A DNA stretch of 37,093 bases, taken from Sulfurospirillum sp. Its GTDB lineage: Bacteria; Campylobacterota; Campylobacteria; Campylobacterales; QNZT01. Shown in pieces: positions 1 to 8,099 of the stretch. Below the pieces are notes generated by a model that was not told where the DNA came from, did not search any database, and saw only the letters and a list, made by a program, of their open reading frames with translations. The first letter of the stretch is position 1. Each line of letters begins with the position of its first letter. The DNA is taken from positions 1 to 37,093 of the forward strand of contig QNZT01000053.1 of NCBI GenBank assembly GCA_003978455.1, written 5' to 3'. Both the position numbers and the translations under genes were made by a program.

Positions 1-25
1 TTACCAAAAAGCACCTCAACTGTCC

Positions 26-299
26 TTTATCACCGCACCAACAAATAATCCGAAGTTTTGATGCAGTAATTTTGTTCATAATCAAGGCAGATTTTTGAAG
101 GACTCGCCTTAGCGAATTCGAAAAAATCTAACGCAGAGTATGGACAAAAATACTGCACCCTTCGGGGAGAACGGGAAGAAGCGATCTGCACGCCAAAAAA
201 TATTTGAATTAACCAGTTAGTCCTGCATATTTTTTGACGCACATCTCACTCCTTCCCGTTCTCTCAAAATTTCGGATTATTTGTTGGTGCGGTGATAAA
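26..299. repeat. 274-bp element bounded by perfect 29-bp terminal inverted repeats; MITE-like or structured-RNA locus
   Basis: TTTATCACCGCACCAACAAATAATCCGAA at 26-54 is the exact reverse complement of 271-299. An inner 12-bp inverted repeat is GAGAACGGGAAG 167-178 / CTTCCCGTTCTC 252-263. A CCC-TTCG-GGG tetraloop hairpin lies at 158-167. If the repeats are trimmed to 30-54 / 271-295, TA dinucleotides flank them at 28-29 and 296-297. No credible ORF lies inside. Confidence 0.7.
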
Positions 300-354
300 T
301 AATTATAAAAATGATTTTAGCACACCTTCGCTTCCGAATGCTTGGATATCCATT

Positions 355-360
355 TATAAT
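355..360 (+). promoter_or_regulatory. Candidate -10 hexamer (TATAAT) for the downstream NIT chemoreceptor gene
   Basis: An exact TATAAT lies about 70 nt upstream of the ATG at 431, in an AT-rich context. No clear -35 is present, which is common in Campylobacterota. There is no transcript data. Confidence 0.25.
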
Positions 361-430
361 GTATACTAAACAAAATCATAAATTTGCCGATTTTATTTTA
401 ACTCGGAATATCAATAAAAGGCAGGTACCT

Positions 431-2401
431 ATGAAAAATCTCACTATCAAAAAGAAACTCCTACTCTTGTCTCTGATCCCGCTTGTCGCGCTGATCTACT
501 TTACCGCTGCACAGACCATTCACAACCTACACTATAAACATGAACTCGAACAGACACAAAATCTGGTAGAACTGAGTAAAAAAATCACTCTTTTGATCCA
601 CGAAACACAGAAAGAACGGGGGATGAGTGCCGGATTTCTTAGCAGTCACGGCACCAAGTTTGGAGATATGCTATCCAAGCAGAGAGAGCTTACCGATACA
701 AGGTACAAAGCGTTTCATGACTTTACGGACAAGTTTGATTCTTCAAACTACCCTTTACTACAAAAAAATCTCAACACCGTTTTACAGTACCTCACAAAGC
801 TGGACAAGACAAGAAGAGGAATCACCAGACAGGAGTATAGTGTCAAAGAGGCAGTTCGTTTTTACACCGATATGAACAGCGCCATGCTAGACACAATCAG
901 CGAAATCGCAAAACAGTCCCCGTCAAACGATGTTACCAAAATGCTCGCAGGTTACACAAGTTTTCTGAAAGCCAAAGAGCGTGCCGGTATCGAGCGCGCA
1001 GTTCTATCCGGCGTATTTGCACAAAACAGTTTTCCCGAAGGATACTACAAAAAATTTATCAGACTTGTGTCACTCCAGGATGCCTATATCGACACTTTTA
1101 AACAGATCTCACCGGACTATATTGTAAAATTTTACGATGAGAAGATGCAAGATCCCGCTGTCACCAAAACACAAAGGCTCAGAAAGATCGCAGAAGAGAA
1201 AGCATCGACAGGCGATTTCGGTGTCGATTCTGAGGAGTGGTTCAAGACAATCACCAAAAAGATCAATATCCTCAAAGAGATCGACGATAAGTTCGCAAAA
1301 GAGATCACCGACAAAATAGACTCTATCGCCTCATCTTCAATGCAATCGGTCTATATGGGCATTTTTGTCATATTGTTTACCTCTTTCCTGGCATTTTTTA
1401 TGATCCGGGATATCGACTGGCGCATCAACACACTTAAAGAGACCATCAACCATATCGCAAAAGAGAAAGCATTTGCACAGGATATTACCGTCACATCTCA
1501 TGATGAATTCGGTGAGATACAGCACTCCCTGAGAGAACTGGTCCATTCTGTACGGGAAGCTTTGCAGTATGCCAAAAATAGCGCAAAAGAGAATGAACAG
1601 ATATCAGAAACACTGGTCAGAACATTTGACAATATCGCCAAAAATATCCATAGCGAAAAAGAGGTAGTCGATACCATCGAACAGAGCAGCCGCATACTCG
1701 AACAGACACTTCTGGAGACCGAGGATGAGGCAAACGAAACCAAAGTACAGACACAGTACGCAAAGGAAAAGATAGAAAGCGCAAAAGCGGTCATCTCCTC
1801 TACCATTGCCCAGATTCAGGCAAATGCCGAAACAGAACATGCCCTCGCCGACCAGCTCAATACATTAAGCAACGATGCAGAGCAAGTCAAAGGGGTACTC
1901 TCTATCATCGGCGATATCGCAGACCAGACCAATCTGCTGGCACTCAACGCGGCTATCGAAGCGGCACGTGCGGGGGAACACGGCAGAGGTTTTGCCGTCG
2001 TCGCCGATGAAGTCAGACAACTGGCGGAAAAGACACAAAAATCACTTCATGATATCAATGCAACCATCAGCATCATTGTACAGGCGATTCTCGATGCCAG
2101 CCAGAGCATGAATCACAATATCAAAAACGTGGAGAAGCTGATCGCCAATACCGATGCGATCCAGGAAAACATGGATCAGATCAGCCAAAGTATGGACAGC
2201 GTATCTGCCAATATCGACAACACCAACAAAACTGTCACGCAATCCGCAAAAAATATGCACGCCTTTGAAACGTACGTGGCAAAAATCACATCGCTGAGCA
2301 ACAACAACTTCAAAAGTATTCAGGAGGTTGAGAGCACAACCCGGCAAATGCGACGTACATCCAAAGAGCTATGCACGACACTCAATAACTTCAAAACATA
2401 A
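431..2401 (+). CDS. Methyl-accepting chemotaxis protein with periplasmic NIT (nitrate/nitrite-sensing type) domain
   Basis: The ORF spans 311-2401. The internal ATG at 431 follows AAAAGG and opens with a Lys-rich plus hydrophobic segment ([24 protein letters not shown]), so it is the likelier start. NIT signatures are [16 protein letters not shown] and [15 protein letters not shown] second TM segment is followed by the conserved MCP hairpin tip [40 protein letters not shown]. Confidence 0.9.
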   Translation: MKNLTIKKKLLLLSLIPLVALIYFTAAQTIHNLHYKHELEQTQNLVELSKKITLLIHETQKERGMSAGFLSSHGTKFGDMLSKQRELTDTRYKAFHDFTDKFDSSNYPLLQKNLNTVLQYLTKLDKTRRGITRQEYSVKEAVRFYTDMNSAMLDTISEIAKQSPSNDVTKMLAGYTSFLKAKERAGIERAVLSGVFAQNSFPEGYYKKFIRLVSLQDAYIDTFKQISPDYIVKFYDEKMQDPAVTKTQRLRKIAEEKASTGDFGVDSEEWFKTITKKINILKEIDDKFAKEITDKIDSIASSSMQSVYMGIFVILFTSFLAFFMIRDIDWRINTLKETINHIAKEKAFAQDITVTSHDEFGEIQHSLRELVHSVREALQYAKNSAKENEQISETLVRTFDNIAKNIHSEKEVVDTIEQSSRILEQTLLETEDEANETKVQTQYAKEKIESAKAVISSTIAQIQANAETEHALADQLNTLSNDAEQVKGVLSIIGDIADQTNLLALNAAIEAARAGEHGRGFAVVADEVRQLAEKTQKSLHDINATISIIVQAILDASQSMNHNIKNVEKLIANTDAIQENMDQISQSMDSVSANIDNTNKTVTQSAKNMHAFETYVAKITSLSNNNFKSIQEVESTTRQMRRTSKELCTTLNNFKT

Positions 2402-2411
2402 CAGGTACGCA

Positions 2412-3680
2412 CTAACGCCCGATCGCCAGCGCATACAGGATCATATCCTCCGTCTCCAGAAAGGCAGCGGTTTCATCGTCATAATAGGCACCGATACCGC
2501 TGCATCCTATACCAAGATATTCACATGAGAGATAGAGTCTCTGTCCGATCACTCCCGCTTTCTGATATGCAGGCTGATAGTTTTCGGCACTTGTCGTCAG
2601 GAAAAATGTCACGGCACTCTCTCTGCCCAGTGACTGTTCCAGACAGAGAAAGCCCGCTTTTTCACTGAAATCTCCCCTTTTTACGAGATCTCCCGATCGG
2701 TAGAGCCCCTGCTCCATCCCGCTCACCCTGTTGATAACATAGTAGATCGTTACATCCTCATCGCAGTCACTCATGACAGAGCGGTTCAGATTTTCCATGA
2801 TGGCGTCAAACGAAGCTTTGGTGATCGCTTCGCGATGAAACTCACGGATAGAACGCCGCCGGTAAATCACCTCATCAAAACGTCTCTTATCGTAGTGAAA
2901 AGAATCGTACCGGCGGTTGATCTTACACTTTTGCAGAACCGATGAATCGTGATATGCCTCTTCAATCAAAGCGTTCTCTTCCATCGGCGCACTTATCTCT
3001 TCAAGCTGCATATCGATATACGCCGCCCTCTCCTCTTTCGCAGCTCCCACAAGCGCAGCCGAAAGAAAAAATTCACCCCTTCCCAGACCAAACACCCTGT
3101 TGAGTGCTTCTTTGTCAAAGCGGTAGCTTATCCGGCACGCATACTCCATCAGATAAGCACTCGCTTCTATAGTCCCCAGACCATGCCCGGTATCCAGCAA
3201 GCAGTAGCGAAAAGCACGGTCTCTGTATTTCCATGAAGAGCGGTAGTAGACAGAAGAGAGCAGAAAAAGGAATCCTTTGATCTGCCGACTATCCTCGAAA
3301 AAAACTTCGACACCCTCTTCTATGCCAAGTCTGTGTAACAGTTTCACCGCCGAGTTTCGTACGTCAAAGTGGTAGATCCCATCTTCGAACCCATCCACTT
3401 CCCGGCACTGAAAATAGAACTCGACAGGATAAAGCGCTCCGGCACTGGGGATAGTACGCAGATAGTACTCCACTCCGGGATAGACCTTTTTCGCGCTGAT
3501 CCCGCCGATACGGTAGATAAAACGATGCAGTGGATTTGCATCGTCCAGTTTGATCATATTTAAAAAACGGTTATATATCTTAAACGGTACCGGCTGCTTC
3601 TCCCACGCCAGATAGTTCGGGTTACGGCGAACAGACGCATAGGAGTGTTTGGTCACTTCATGATAGTCATACATCATCAT
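2412..3680 (-). CDS. SagB/ThcOx-type (nitroreductase-superfamily) FMN dehydrogenase, two-lobed
   Basis: This is a 422-aa ORF. The N-terminus YDYHEVTKHSYASVRRNPNYLAWEKQP and the two nitroreductase-like halves fit the SagB-type dehydrogenase pattern. Its start (three consecutive ATGs at 3672-3680) overlaps the stop of the upstream MFS gene by 14 nt. Confidence 0.65.
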   Translation of the reverse strand: MMMYDYHEVTKHSYASVRRNPNYLAWEKQPVPFKIYNRFLNMIKLDDANPLHRFIYRIGGISAKKVYPGVEYYLRTIPSAGALYPVEFYFQCREVDGFEDGIYHFDVRNSAVKLLHRLGIEEGVEVFFEDSRQIKGFLFLLSSVYYRSSWKYRDRAFRYCLLDTGHGLGTIEASAYLMEYACRISYRFDKEALNRVFGLGRGEFFLSAALVGAAKEERAAYIDMQLEEISAPMEENALIEEAYHDSSVLQKCKINRRYDSFHYDKRRFDEVIYRRRSIREFHREAITKASFDAIMENLNRSVMSDCDEDVTIYYVINRVSGMEQGLYRSGDLVKRGDFSEKAGFLCLEQSLGRESAVTFFLTTSAENYQPAYQKAGVIGQRLYLSCEYLGIGCSGIGAYYDDETAAFLETEDMILYALAIGR

Positions 3681-4755
3681 ACCTCATATATAAAATCCAT
3701 ACCGCAGCCGAACCGCCCAGTGCCAGCAAAAGTGCGTCCCGCATCCCGAAATACTCCCAGACATAGCCGCTTACCAGTGCTCCGACCGCACCAAAAAGCG
3801 CCACTCCCGCATAAAATATACCATACACCGAACCTTTGTTTGTCGCATAACGTGCTATATAGGCACGATTGGCGTTGAGCGATGTCACGGTGAAAACCCC
3901 CAAAAACGCATAAGCGATCCATATGGCGATAACACTTCCCTGGAGCAAAAGCAACTGTGCGATCACGCCGCTCAGATATGCCGCTGCCAGAAGATACCGC
4001 ACACCGTAACGATCGATCAGCTTGCCGACCGGATAACTGATAAGCGTCTGTGTCGCAGTCGATACGACAAAGAGCAGCGGTATCATGAAGGTTTCAAAAC
4101 CGGCTGTTTTGGCACGCATCGTGAAAAATGCATCGCTGAAAAGAAAAAGCACAAACAGAAAATAAAATGCCAGCATCTTCACCACATGTCTGTCTTCTGC
4201 GGTGATATGAAAAGAGTATCCGAAGGCTCTGTTTTTGGGAGCATCTTTGACAAAAAAGAGCACGATAGTCACACCGATCACACCGGGAATCAGCGTCGCG
4301 AGAAAGATATTGCGTATCACTGTCTCGTTTTGCCCCAGATAATAGAGCAATACAAATCCTATCAGCGTACCGCTCAATTCACCTCCGATATCCATCGTTT
4401 TGTGAAAGCCGAAAGTTTTTCCCTCCTCTTTTCTTTTGGCATAAAGTGAGATCAGCAGATCTTTCGGCGCAGAACGCACCCCTTTGCCCAGCCGCTCCAG
4501 CCCTCGCAGGAGTGCCACACTTTGGTAGCCGTGTGAAAAAGCGATCAGCGGTTTGCTCACGGCGGAGAGCAGATAGCCGCCCGCTACCAGCGGTTTGACG
4601 ATACCGTAACGGTCGCTGATATATCCCGAAACCAGACGCAGCGCATACGATATAAACGTCGCCACAGCGACGATAAATCCCAGTTTGTCATACCCTTCAT
4701 GAAGTATAGTGACCACAAAAACCGGCAGAATAGGATTGATCATCGCCGAAGCCAT
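3667..4755 (-). CDS. MFS transporter (annotated start is the first ATG; the true start is probably upstream)
   Basis: The product is a multi-TM hydrophobic protein with an MFS loop motif (LRGLERLGKGVRSAPKDLL). The frame stays open upstream of 4755 and encodes KSIDKNIVYLGWVSFFTD, a typical MFS N-terminus. No ATG, GTG or TTG occurs in that frame. A CTG at 4812-4810 follows AAGGGG and overlaps the ubiB stop codon. Confidence 0.8.
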   Translation of the reverse strand: MASAMINPILPVFVVTILHEGYDKLGFIVAVATFISYALRLVSGYISDRYGIVKPLVAGGYLLSAVSKPLIAFSHGYQSVALLRGLERLGKGVRSAPKDLLISLYAKRKEEGKTFGFHKTMDIGGELSGTLIGFVLLYYLGQNETVIRNIFLATLIPGVIGVTIVLFFVKDAPKNRAFGYSFHITAEDRHVVKMLAFYFLFVLFLFSDAFFTMRAKTAGFETFMIPLLFVVSTATQTLISYPVGKLIDRYGVRYLLAAAYLSGVIAQLLLLQGSVIAIWIAYAFLGVFTVTSLNANRAYIARYATNKGSVYGIFYAGVALFGAVGALVSGYVWEYFGMRDALLLALGGSAAVWILYMRYDDV

Positions 4756-4808
4756 ATCGGTAAAGAAACTGACCCATCCCAGATAGACGATATTTTTGTC
4801 GATACTTT

Positions 4809-6473
4809 TCAGAGTTTTCCCCTTTTGTAGATGGAGATGATCAAAACAATCCCCATCAGCATCGCGATCGTAAATCCAACCAGTCCGAAAACCGGTATGC
4901 CCAGAAAAAGCGGCGGCATTTTGGCGAAACTGAGCAGTGAAGAGCCGATCAGCACCGCGGAGATGATGATAGCGATAGAGAGTCGGTTAAACGACTTCTC
5001 GATCGAGTGCTCCAGCGCCTCCAGTCCCACGTGTTCAAACTCCATCTTGAAGTTTCCGTTTTTGAGCTTTTCGATCAAAAACTTGATATCGTCCGGAAAC
5101 TCTGTCACAAAGTCTGAGACATCTTTGGGAACTTCGCCGATTTTACCCAGCAGTGCGCCGAAGGAGCGGCTGTTTTTATAAAAGCGCATGACAAAGGGAC
5201 GTATCTCTTCGGCGGCGTTGAAGTCGGGATCGAGCTGTTTGCCCACGCCTTCGATCGTGATCAGCGCTTTGGTCAGCAGATAGTTGTCTTCACGAAAAAA
5301 GACCCGGTATCTGCTCATCAAAGCGATCATATCGTTAAGCATATTTTGTATGGAGATATCTTTGAGAGAACCATAAAAATAGGTCGAGATAATATCTCCC
5401 ATATCTTTACAAAAAGCATCGACATTCATATTTTCATCTTTGATTTTGGCAAGTTTGAGCAGGTTGTACGCCGCTTTCTCCTCTTCGTTTTTGACGATAT
5501 AGTAGATCATATCGACAAAATAGCGCCGATCCCGCTCCCCGATGCGTCCCATCATCCCAAAGTCTATAAATGCCAGCCTGCCGTCATCGAGGGCAAAGAT
5601 ATTTCCCGGATGGGGATCTGCATGAAAATAGCGATAGACAAAGATCTGTTCACACAGCAGATCGAATCCGTATTTGGCGGCAAGTTTCGCATCGATCCCC
5701 CGCGCTTCGAGTTTTGCGAGATCGGAGACTTTCACACCGTCGATATACTCCATCGTTAAAATACGGGGCGTACTGAGTGCTTCATAGAGTCGGGGTACTT
5801 TGATCTTCGGATTTTCTTCAAAATTTTTGGCAAAACGTTTGAGGTTGAGTGCTTCGATATTGAAATCGAGCTCTTTTTTGATCGTCTTTTCAAACTCGTC
5901 GATGATCATACCTGCATCATCGATACCGTACTCTTTAAGCCGATCTTCCAAAAACGAGGCGATCTGGCGCATAATAGCGATATCCGAAGCGATCGTCTGG
6001 GCGATATTCGGTTTTTGGACTTTGACTGCGACCAGATCACCGTCCGGGAGATTTGCTTTATAGACCTGTCCCAGCGATGCGGATGCGACCAGCTCCAGAT
6101 CACCTGAAAAGAGTTCCGTCACCGGTTTGCCGAACTCTTCCAGAAAAACCTGTTCGACTTCCGTAAAGGGGATCGGAGTTACCTCGTCCTGGAGTTTGGA
6201 AAAGGCATTGGCGAGTTCCAGCGGAATCAGATCGGGACGGGTCGAGAGAATCTGGGCAAATTTGATAAAAGTCGGTCCCAGCTCCTCTACTGTCTTTTTG
6301 ATCCGTTCGCTGCGGCTTAAGTGTAAAATCTCTTTATTGACTCTGGTGAAAGGTATGTGTATATGCTTCTCCACTTCCAGTGCCACGACAAGGTTGTCAA
6401 AGCCGTTGCGAAGCAATACCGAAGCGATCTGCTGATAACGTTCAAGCTGTTTAAACGTCTGCCACACCTTCAT
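4809..6473 (-). CDS. ubiB: UbiB/ABC1/AarF-family atypical protein kinase, C-terminal double TM anchor
   Basis: This is a 554-aa ORF carrying family motifs VAVKVQKPNI, FHADPHPGNIF and AFIDFGMMG. Two C-terminal TM helices are present (LSIAIIISAVLIGSSLL and VFGLVGFTIAMLMGIVLIISIY). Confidence 0.88.
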   Translation of the reverse strand: MKVWQTFKQLERYQQIASVLLRNGFDNLVVALEVEKHIHIPFTRVNKEILHLSRSERIKKTVEELGPTFIKFAQILSTRPDLIPLELANAFSKLQDEVTPIPFTEVEQVFLEEFGKPVTELFSGDLELVASASLGQVYKANLPDGDLVAVKVQKPNIAQTIASDIAIMRQIASFLEDRLKEYGIDDAGMIIDEFEKTIKKELDFNIEALNLKRFAKNFEENPKIKVPRLYEALSTPRILTMEYIDGVKVSDLAKLEARGIDAKLAAKYGFDLLCEQIFVYRYFHADPHPGNIFALDDGRLAFIDFGMMGRIGERDRRYFVDMIYYIVKNEEEKAAYNLLKLAKIKDENMNVDAFCKDMGDIISTYFYGSLKDISIQNMLNDMIALMSRYRVFFREDNYLLTKALITIEGVGKQLDPDFNAAEEIRPFVMRFYKNSRSFGALLGKIGEVPKDVSDFVTEFPDDIKFLIEKLKNGNFKMEFEHVGLEALEHSIEKSFNRLSIAIIISAVLIGSSLLSFAKMPPLFLGIPVFGLVGFTIAMLMGIVLIISIYKRGKL

Positions 6474-6482
6474 GAAAGAGAC

Positions 6483-6788
6483 TTATTTTTTCTCTTCGAT
6501 CGCTTTTTTCAAAGCAGTGATCTCCCGTCTGAGTGATGCGATATCTTCTTTCGTGGCAAGCCCAAGCTCTTTGAGCTGCTTGTGTATCTCCTCTTTGATC
6601 TTTTTATCCACTTCCTCGGATTTTTCGCTGATCTCTTTTTTGAGTTTGCTTAGAAACTCTTCGCCCTGCTCTTTGGATATCTCTCCCTGCTTGATCGACT
6701 CATCGATCAGTTTTTCCACTTTCTCTTTAGCGATAAACATCGCACCGAGTCCCATTTTCAGTAAATCCTGCGGTGTTACTTTTTCCAT
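6483..6788 (-). CDS. Small phasin-like coiled-coil protein (COG3937-like)
   Basis: This 101-aa Lys/Glu-rich helical protein (MGLGAMFIAKEKVEKLIDESIKQGEISKEQGEEFLSKLKKE...) has a strong AAGGAG RBS. It ends 9 nt before ubiB, an arrangement recalled from other bacteria. Confidence 0.6.
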   Translation of the reverse strand: MEKVTPQDLLKMGLGAMFIAKEKVEKLIDESIKQGEISKEQGEEFLSKLKKEISEKSEEVDKKIKEEIHKQLKELGLATKEDIASLRREITALKKAIEEKK

Positions 6789-6834
6789 TTTTTCTCCTTG
6801 TACTTTTTATTATTATTACGCTTTTGGAACAAAG

Positions 6835-6996
6835 TCCCAAAAGCTACGCTAACGCTGTGTTCTGCTCAGCGCAGGGCTCACGCGCAGATGAACCGCGCTT
6901 AAAACACGCATTAAATTTTCAGAACATCGTCCTAAAACTACGCTAAACACTAAGTTCTGCTCGGCTCAAGACTCATGCGCAGATGAACCGCGCTTA
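6835..6996. repeat. Two imperfect copies of a 67-bp direct repeat (6835-6901 and 6930-6996; period 95 bp)
   Basis: By-eye alignment shows the last ~21 nt (GCGCAGATGAACCGCGCTTA) are identical. The shared core is CTACGCTAA...GTTCTGCTC...GCGCAGATGAACCGCGCTTA, with about 80 percent identity overall. The pair lies between the GGDEF gene stop (7110) and the phasin-like gene start (6788). An adjacent 8-bp hairpin is GCTTTTGG/CCAAAAGC at 6821-6845. Confidence 0.8.
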
Positions 6997-7109
6997 CGTT
7001 TTTCTTAACTTAAAGGCGTTGTGGCTGCCCTTTATCTATAATTATACTAAGTTTAGCAGAGTGTTGTCAATATGTCTAAGTGATTGGGTTATAAAAGAAG
7101 ATATACCTG

Positions 7110-7958
7110 TTACACGGCGATCAGTGCGGATACGATGTGTTCTTCGACGATTCCGTTACCGCCCTGTCGTTTTACCTGATACATCGCTTCATCGGCATAT
7201 TTGAGCAGCGCTTTGCGGGTCATACCGCAATCAGGATAGGTAGCGACGCCTATGGAGAGGGTAGAGATCATCGAAACATCATTGATAACAAAAGGCTCTT
7301 CAAACAGCGTACGGATACGCTCCAGAGCATGAAGCACACTCTGAGAAGACTCCTCTTCAGGATGAAAGACTATCAAAAATTCATCGCCCCCGAGACGACC
7401 GATCTGATCGACTTCCCTGAGATGTTTTTTGATTCTTGCCACCATACTGCACAATAAAATGTCACCGTAATCATGCCCGTATGTGTCATTGATAGTTTTA
7501 AAGTTATCCAGATCGATCAACGCGATACTAAACGATTTCTGATCTCTTTTTGCAGTTGCCAATGCAAGATCGAGCGTGCGCTCTATGCTTCTGCGGTTTT
7601 GTATATGTGTCAGTGAATCAAAATATGCCAGTTCATGAAGTGTTTTGATCTGCTTTTCAACCCGTCGGGACAACTCCTCGATCTCCGCTATTCTGGAGTG
7701 GGGAATATCTTTAACCTCTCCGATCACATAAGCATCCAGTAAAAAAAGCGGTTTTAACACAAGCTGGTGTAAAAAATAGTAAGCAGCAGCAAAGATGAGA
7801 ATAAGTAAAAGAGGCATCAGCAGATGTACCCACCATACAAAATCGATTTTTTCATGAGAAGCGGTATAATGCAAACTGTTGTATAAGACATAAATACTTG
7901 CAACTGCCGGAGCTACGATCCCTACGGTAATAAGTGTGTTAAATGTTCTAAATTTCAT
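7110..7958 (-). CDS. Membrane-anchored diguanylate cyclase (2 TM + GGDEF domain with I-site)
   Basis: This is a 282-aa ORF with two N-terminal TM helices. The active-site motif is intact (RLGGDEFLIVF). An RxxD inhibitory site (REVD) sits five residues upstream of GGDEF. Confidence 0.88.
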   Translation of the reverse strand: MKFRTFNTLITVGIVAPAVASIYVLYNSLHYTASHEKIDFVWWVHLLMPLLLILIFAAAYYFLHQLVLKPLFLLDAYVIGEVKDIPHSRIAEIEELSRRVEKQIKTLHELAYFDSLTHIQNRRSIERTLDLALATAKRDQKSFSIALIDLDNFKTINDTYGHDYGDILLCSMVARIKKHLREVDQIGRLGGDEFLIVFHPEEESSQSVLHALERIRTLFEEPFVINDVSMISTLSIGVATYPDCGMTRKALLKYADEAMYQVKRQGGNGIVEEHIVSALIAV

Positions 7959-8099
7959 GTGACAGCTTTACTATACTATTTAACCCTCCTTTTAGGAGAG
8001 GCGGAATTTTAGTATATTTTAACTATATAAACAATATGAAAAATAATTTAATTTATAGAAATTATGGAAAAGAAATTTTATACGCTTTTCAGTTCAGGC

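Noticed and set aside
30-242. 70-aa reverse-strand ORF inside the inverted-repeat element
   Set aside because: It has no recognisable RBS, odd composition and no family resemblance. It spans the structured part of the element and is more likely a by-product of the repeat structure.
26-299. Retron msr/msd or integron attC interpretation of the inverted-repeat element
   Set aside because: No reverse transcriptase or integrase gene is adjacent. The 29-bp perfect repeats are longer and more perfect than typical retron a1/a2 or attC arms.
311-430. N-terminal extensions offered by the ORF track: MCP at 311, moaD at 20090, soxD at 31920, cheV at 18345
   Set aside because: Internal starts at 431, 20162, 31854 and 18279 have better RBS spacing. 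They give canonical N-termini (a TM or signal peptide, or the MoaD fold size) and remove long overlaps with upstream genes.
2412-3680. SagB-type dehydrogenase as a marker of a thiazole/oxazole RiPP (TOMM) cluster
   Set aside because: No YcaO or cyclodehydratase gene, docking protein or plausible precursor peptide ORF lies nearby. Its neighbours are an MFS transporter and UbiB in a coupled operon.
6835-6996. Possible CRISPR array, or a tRNA/ncRNA gene, in the repeat-containing spacer
   Set aside because: Only two copies are present, they are diverged, and the unit is 67 bp with a 28-bp gap. No cas genes are present. There is no tRNA cloverleaf or T-loop consensus.
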